Shown here: positions 18,195 to 22,721 of the stretch, piece after piece
Position numbering within the stretch: position 1 is the first letter of the stretch
Layout: each line of letters opens with the position of its first letter
From: Candidatus Helarchaeota ASGARD archaeon Hel_GB_B
Lineage (GTDB): Archaea; Asgardarchaeota; Lokiarchaeia; Helarchaeales; HEL-GB-B
DNA: 22,721 nt
Direction: 5' to 3'
Assembly (NCBI GenBank): GCA_005191425.1
Contig: SUPR01000058.1
Span: 1-22,721 of the forward strand
Position numbers and translations under genes: made by a program
Notes under the pieces: generated by a model
What the model saw: the letters and a program-made list of their open reading frames with translations, nothing else
What the model was told of the DNA's origin: nothing
The model's database searches: none

Positions 18195-18956
18195 TTAATT
18201 CTTCTTATCTTTATACCATCCTGTTTTAAAAAATCGACGTTTAAATTTTGGATTTTTCCGTAAAAAATCGTTTATCGATTTATGAAATGCAGCATAATCT
18301 ATTTTTCTCGGATTTACATCTAAAATATTTTTTGGAATTCCAATTGATTCTAAATACTGTAAAAACCGCGTTTCAGCTAAAATGTGTGCAATTCCATCTG
18401 CTTTTGTTGTTATAATATTATAACCATTTTTCCACAAATAATCAATAGAAGTAGTAAAAATATCACCCGGACAGATTTTAATAAATGCATCTCGAGTGAT
18501 ATTAAGTTCTCTAAAAGCCCATTGTAATCTTTTTAATACTTCAATATTATATTGTTTACTCGAAAAAAGCGGTTTTTGAAAAAATCGAAGTCCAATAATT
18601 TTTAATGCTGCCATATCTCGCTCTTTAGAATAAATACAGATTACAATTCCTCCAACAGGACACCCAATGCCTGCATCATCAATTTCGACAGATTTTTTCC
18701 CATTGAATTGGTGTAAAAAACTTTTTAATCTTTCCATATCATTAAATTTATTTATATAACTAAAGTACGGCAAAGAATTATAATATACTTTAAATTGTTT
18801 ATTTGTAGGGTATTTGTAAATCTTAATTATGTTCCCATCATGAGTAAAACCTGCAACAAATTTCTCACTATTTTCTTGTAATTTACTCCATTCAAGTTTT
18901 GCAAGTTTATCAATTAATTCTTTTACTTTATCCTCATCCCAATAAACAAATTTCAT
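18195..18956 (-). CDS. RNase H type 2-like protein with an ~85-aa N-terminal extra domain
   Basis: VEIDDAGIGCPVGGIVI resembles the RNase HII/HIII GxDEAGxGPxxGPLV strand. TKADG...ILAE resembles the KAD...ILAK motif. The C-terminal KTGW resembles an uncharacterised archaeal/firmicute family as I recall it. Confidence 0.7.
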   Translation of the reverse strand: MKFVYWDEDKVKELIDKLAKLEWSKLQENSEKFVAGFTHDGNIIKIYKYPTNKQFKVYYNSLPYFSYINKFNDMERLKSFLHQFNGKKSVEIDDAGIGCPVGGIVICIYSKERDMAALKIIGLRFFQKPLFSSKQYNIEVLKRLQWAFRELNITRDAFIKICPGDIFTTSIDYLWKNGYNIITTKADGIAHILAETRFLQYLESIGIPKNILDVNPRKIDYAAFHKSINDFLRKNPKFKRRFFKTGWYKDKKN

Positions 18957-18995
18957 TATTTCAACCGAAAATACTTTTACTTTTTATTCTATTTG

Positions 18996-19166
18996 TTAAA
19001 CTTTTTTTCTTTTCCAAAACTTAAGCAAATAGACTAAAATAATTTCAATTATGACCCACATAACTAATAGAACTATCCAAAAGTTCGGAAATATCAAGAA
19101 TGTTAATATAATTCCGCCAATAATTACCAATAGAGAAAGCAATACTTTAATTGGATATAAATTCAA
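18996..19166 (-). CDS. Small 56-aa two-helix membrane protein; absent from the ORF track
   Basis: TTG start; translated by hand as (M)NLYPIKVLLSLLVIIGGIILTFLIFPNFWIVLLVMWVIIEIILVYLLKFWKRKKV*. It has two TM helices and a basic C-tail, GGTATGGTG upstream, and ends 39 bp before the RNase H-like gene. Confidence 0.7.
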   Translation of the reverse strand: MNLYPIKVLLSLLVIIGGIILTFLIFPNFWIVLLVMWVIIEIILVYLLKFWKRKKV

Positions 19167-19237
19167 GTTTTTTAAACACCATACCTTTTAAAGATTAATG
19201 TTAATTTAAAATATAATTTATTATTTTAATTTTTCTA

Positions 19238-19274
19238 AGATATTTAAATTTTGAAAGATCGCCTTTAAATATCT
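19238..19274. promoter_or_regulatory. Perfect 11-bp inverted repeat AGATATTTAAA-N15-TTTAAATATCT in a divergent intergenic region
   Basis: Arms at 19238-19248 and 19264-19274. Each arm contains a TTTAAATA TATA-like box facing outward. Confidence 0.5.
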
Positions 19275-19443
19275 AAATTGTTAAATTATTTTATTAAATT
19301 ATAGATTCTTTTTTAATTAAATTATCTATTTTTCAATATAATTAATTATTTCTATTTATATTTCCCAATCTTATTTTTATTAAAAATATTAAGTTTATTA
19401 AATTAGATAACTTTATTAACTTTTTTCAAAAATAACTCACCAA

Positions 19444-20124
19444 ATGAAAACATTAATTTCGAAGGAAGACATGCTAGATTATTTAAAAAATAAAAGAGAT
19501 AATACAAAAATTCAATATATTGTATTTGATATTGATGACACTATAATGGATACAGCGGAAAGAAAAAAAATTATTTATAATAGATTAAAAAAAATGTATG
19601 ATTTACCAACTATTTCTTCCGAAGAATTTGAAAAAGCATATAATATTGCTCAAATATTAGTCAAATATAATTTTCAAGAAGATGAAATCTTAAAAATTAA
19701 TCAAAAATTTGTAAAATTATTTCTTTCTAATAAATATATTTTAAAAGACCGCCCATTTCCAGGTATAAAGGATATAATTAATGAATTACTAAAAATGAAT
19801 TATTATATTATTTATCTAACGGGCAGGACTATCAATTTACGTAAAAAAACCATAAAATCTTTTAAAATGAATGAAATTCCAATTCAAAAACCTAATATTG
19901 ATTTAGTCATGAAAAAAGATAATGATTGCCCTGATTTGACTTTTAAATTGGAATATATTAAAAATTTTAGGGAAAAAGAAAATATAGTTTGTTTTATAGA
20001 TAATGATTCAGAGACTTGTAATGAACTCAAACGAATTCTCAATAGTAATTTAATTATTAAATTTTATTCTACACAGAAAGATAATTTAATTTATAATGGT
20101 CCTTATATTTCAAAATGGACTTAA
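19444..20124 (+). CDS. HAD-superfamily phosphatase resembling the T4 Pnk 3'-phosphatase / acid phosphatase class
   Basis: FDIDDT (DxD), YLTGR, LVMKKDNDCPDLTFK and FIDND. Confidence 0.8.
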   Translation: MKTLISKEDMLDYLKNKRDNTKIQYIVFDIDDTIMDTAERKKIIYNRLKKMYDLPTISSEEFEKAYNIAQILVKYNFQEDEILKINQKFVKLFLSNKYILKDRPFPGIKDIINELLKMNYYIIYLTGRTINLRKKTIKSFKMNEIPIQKPNIDLVMKKDNDCPDLTFKLEYIKNFREKENIVCFIDNDSETCNELKRILNSNLIIKFYSTQKDNLIYNGPYISKWT

Positions 20125-20139
20125 TTTCACGAGGTTTAA

Positions 20140-21291
20140 ATGATGTATAGTAAATTTAGGCATGATGAAATTCATATTGCATTTAATGGAGATGAAATAG
20201 AACGCGTTACAGACCCGATTATAAAAAGCAAAGCAGATAAAGTTTACATTTTTACTTTTTATAAAGAATGGACTGACCCCGAAACTGGAGAAAAAAAATT
20301 TCAAGTAGACCAAAACTTAGATAAGTACCAAGAAGTGAAAAAACAGCTAGAATCAGCGGGAATTGAAGTAGTTAAAAATGTACCCAAATCCTTACAAAAT
20401 ATCCAAGACCCTATGGGTAATTATCTTGATGGTATACCTGTATCATATCATGATTATGTTGAAATTATGCAAAAAATTTCTGAAATAATTATTAATGAAC
20501 GAATTAAAGACAAAAATGTGAACATTAGCTTAAATCTTGCTGTTGGCTCAAAAATTACCGCAATTGCGGGACTTGATTGTGCTCGTTTTTGGAATATTAA
20601 TGTCTATTATGTAATTCCCGAATTTTGGGATCAAAGAAAAAATATGGACGAACCACTTAGTTCTGGCAAAATGGTCTGTATATCCCCACCACATTTCGAA
20701 ATGAAACGTCCATCTAATAAATTAATCCGGGCTCTAAAAGTTATAAACGATATTTTTGAAGAAAACAAAAAAATAATCAATGACAATTATAAGAAAATTG
20801 AAAAAATAACTGGATTAGAATTAACAGATAATGAATTAAACACCAAGAATGTTCTCGATTATGAACCACTTTACGAACAAATAAATAAAGTAAAAGAAGG
20901 GTTATCGTCAAATCAAAAGAAGATCATTGATCAATTACACCAAGAAATTATCGTTAAATTGCAAGAAAATCAAATGGGAGTAAAAAAATCAAAGCTATTA
21001 AAGCATTTAAGGTTAGCTCACTTAGTTTCATCAAACAAATATGATAATATTCCTATTTCTTCCAAATTAGCAGGTAAAGAATTATCAACTTTTTATGGTG
21101 CTATGAATAAACAAATCATTCATCCTCTAAAAGAATGGAATTTAATTAAAGAAAATGATACTCATAAAAATAAGTCCATCCAAATAACTGAATATGGCAA
21201 GCTTTTTTTGAAAATATTCAAGTACATTTTGATCTATGAAGATTTAAATAATAAACACATTAATAATTATAAAAAATCGAATGGGGTCTAA
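20140..21291 (+). CDS. DUF6293/HFX_2341-like protein: CARF-like Rossmann domain plus C-terminal winged HTH (Csa3-like architecture)
   Basis: HIAFNGDEIERVTDP...ADKVYIF, LNLAVGSKITAIAG, YYVIPE; C-terminal KKSKLLKHL...IIHPLKEWNLI...IQITEYGK wHTH; GAGGT RBS. Confidence 0.75.
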   Translation: MMYSKFRHDEIHIAFNGDEIERVTDPIIKSKADKVYIFTFYKEWTDPETGEKKFQVDQNLDKYQEVKKQLESAGIEVVKNVPKSLQNIQDPMGNYLDGIPVSYHDYVEIMQKISEIIINERIKDKNVNISLNLAVGSKITAIAGLDCARFWNINVYYVIPEFWDQRKNMDEPLSSGKMVCISPPHFEMKRPSNKLIRALKVINDIFEENKKIINDNYKKIEKITGLELTDNELNTKNVLDYEPLYEQINKVKEGLSSNQKKIIDQLHQEIIVKLQENQMGVKKSKLLKHLRLAHLVSSNKYDNIPISSKLAGKELSTFYGAMNKQIIHPLKEWNLIKENDTHKNKSIQITEYGKLFLKIFKYILIYEDLNNKHINNYKKSNGV

Positions 21292-21292
21292 G

Positions 21293-22721
21293 ATGTCAAA
21301 ATTAAAGTTTTATGGTGGTGTTAATTGCATAGGGGGAAATATAGTATTACTAGAAGACAAAAACACCCGGATACTAATTGATTTTGGTATGAGTTTCTCT
21401 AATGAAAATAAATATTACAGTGATTTTCTAAAAAATCGCCAAGGAAACGGCATAAGAGACCATTTATCTCTAAATTTAATACCAAAAATCCCTGGATTAT
21501 ATAGAGAAGACCTATTAAATATTGAAAAAGCCGATGAATTAATGAAGGAATTAGGTCTGAGAGGTAAATATTTATTCAAATCGGACCTTGAGAGCTATGA
21601 AAAATATATCGAAGAAAACAATAGACCTTATATTGATGCAATTTTAATTTCTCACGTTCATTTAGACCATTGTGGGTATATCTGGATGGTCGGAAAAGAT
21701 ATACCTATTTATCTTTCAGACGTATCCGTCCAGTTTTTAAATATTATTGATGAAATATCAAAGAATAATAAATTGAGTATAGTGAAATACAGAATATTAG
21801 ACCGAGCTTCTTCTGGGTATTTTAAAGGTGAAAAAAAAATAAAAAAATCTAATACACCTCTTCCTAGAAATATTTTGGAATATCATGATGAAACTGAATT
21901 TACAATTGGTAATTTGAAAATTACTCCTTATTATGTTGACCATTCAATTCTCGGTGCTTCTGCATTTTTAATAGTGGATTCGGATAATAAAAAAATATTT
22001 TATACCGGTGACTTTAGATTTCATGGTAGACAGACAAATTTAACCAAGAAATTCAAACAGGCAATGACTGATCTTCGTCCTGACGTAATGATTACAGAAG
22101 GTACTAAAATAACAGAAACTAAACGTGATGATGAAATTGAAGTAGAAAATAAAATTTATGAAATAGCAAAAAATACCAACAAATTGATATTTATCACATT
22201 TGCTTGGAAAGATATTACGAGATTCCAAACAGTAAGGAATGTTTGTGCAAGGACTGGTCGAAAATTTATAATACCTGGAAAAATGGCTTATTTACTAAGA
22301 AAAATGAAGTCTTATTTAGATTTTAATTTTTCAGATCCATTAACTGATCCTTATATATTGGTTTATTTGCCTAGAAAAGGCGGAATGATCTATCTAAAAA
22401 CTGACTATTCATATAATAAATTAGATGTGGGCTTGAACCCTGATTGGACTAATTCTCCTAATATTGAAATTTATGAGAATGGAATTAAGGCTTACGAAAT
22501 CCATGAAAATCAATCAAAATATATTGTCTATTTAAATGATTATATGCTAAATGAGATCATTGATATTAATCCTAGTGCAGGTGCATTATATATAAGAGCT
22601 CTTAGTGAACCTTTTGATTTAGAAGGTGAAATAGATGAACAAAGAATTAAAAATTGGCTGAAATTTTTTAAAATAAATCTTCCTTCTAGCGAAATAATAA
22701 ATATACATGCATCTGGGCATA
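21293..22721 (+). CDS. Metallo-beta-lactamase/beta-CASP nuclease (archaeal RNase J-like); 3'-partial, runs off the window
   Basis: ATG 1 nt after the previous stop and an open frame to the end of the window. Translated by hand: FYGGVNCIGGN, LIDFG, SHVHLDHCGY (HxHxDH), VDHS, YTGDFRFHG, ITEGT and IHASGH. Confidence 0.92.
   Translation, partial: MSKLKFYGGVNCIGGNIVLLEDKNTRILIDFGMSFSNENKYYSDFLKNRQGNGIRDHLSLNLIPKIPGLYREDLLNIEKADELMKELGLRGKYLFKSDLESYEKYIEENNRPYIDAILISHVHLDHCGYIWMVGKDIPIYLSDVSVQFLNIIDEISKNNKLSIVKYRILDRASSGYFKGEKKIKKSNTPLPRNILEYHDETEFTIGNLKITPYYVDHSILGASAFLIVDSDNKKIFYTGDFRFHGRQTNLTKKFKQAMTDLRPDVMITEGTKITETKRDDEIEVENKIYEIAKNTNKLIFITFAWKDITRFQTVRNVCARTGRKFIIPGKMAYLLRKMKSYLDFNFSDPLTDPYILVYLPRKGGMIYLKTDYSYNKLDVGLNPDWTNSPNIEIYENGIKAYEIHENQSKYIVYLNDYMLNEIIDINPSAGALYIRALSEPFDLEGEIDEQRIKNWLKFFKINLPSSEIINIHASGH

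Noticed and set aside
20110-20313. 67-aa minus-strand ORF
   Set aside because: Antisense across the HAD/CARF junction with no motif.
20140-21291. Calling the locus a CRISPR-Cas system (csa3)
   Set aside because: There are no repeats, spacers or other cas genes in the window, and DUF6293-like proteins commonly occur outside CRISPR loci.
22040-22228. 62-aa minus-strand ORF
   Set aside because: Antisense to the beta-CASP gene, which is the real coding frame here.

Overview
This is a very AT-rich, gene-dense prokaryotic window. I infer an archaeal origin, most likely Asgard (Loki/Hel-like), from TATA-like promoter boxes, oligo-T tracts after genes, GTGA/GAGG-type RBSs, frequent TTG starts, and a DUF354 / DUF362 / DUF6293 / archaeal RNase J-like gene set; the taxon is not verified. 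Left to right it contains: the probable left end of an IS608-like (IS200/IS605) element running off the window; a HAD phosphatase plus ATP-grasp ligase pair divergent from a DUF354 gene; an unannotated 55-aa four-Cys mini-protein; a three-gene surface operon ending in a membrane-anchored clostripain (C11) protease; a plant-like type II branched-chain aminotransferase; two hypothetical genes; a GPH-type MFS transporter; a DUF362 gene; an isocitrate/isopropylmalate dehydrogenase family gene; a long coiled-coil protein; and an alpha/beta hydrolase fused to a membrane domain. The most interesting part is the right end, a divergent cluster. One arm encodes a small 2-TM protein (missed by the ORF track) and an RNase H type 2-like protein. 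The other encodes a Pnk-like HAD phosphatase, a CARF-like/wHTH (DUF6293) regulator and a beta-CASP RNase J-like nuclease (missed by the ORF track because it runs off the end). An 11-bp inverted repeat lies between the arms. This may be an RNA end-sensing and processing module. I saw no rRNA, tRNA or CRISPR array. All family assignments come from motif recognition by eye; no database searches were run.
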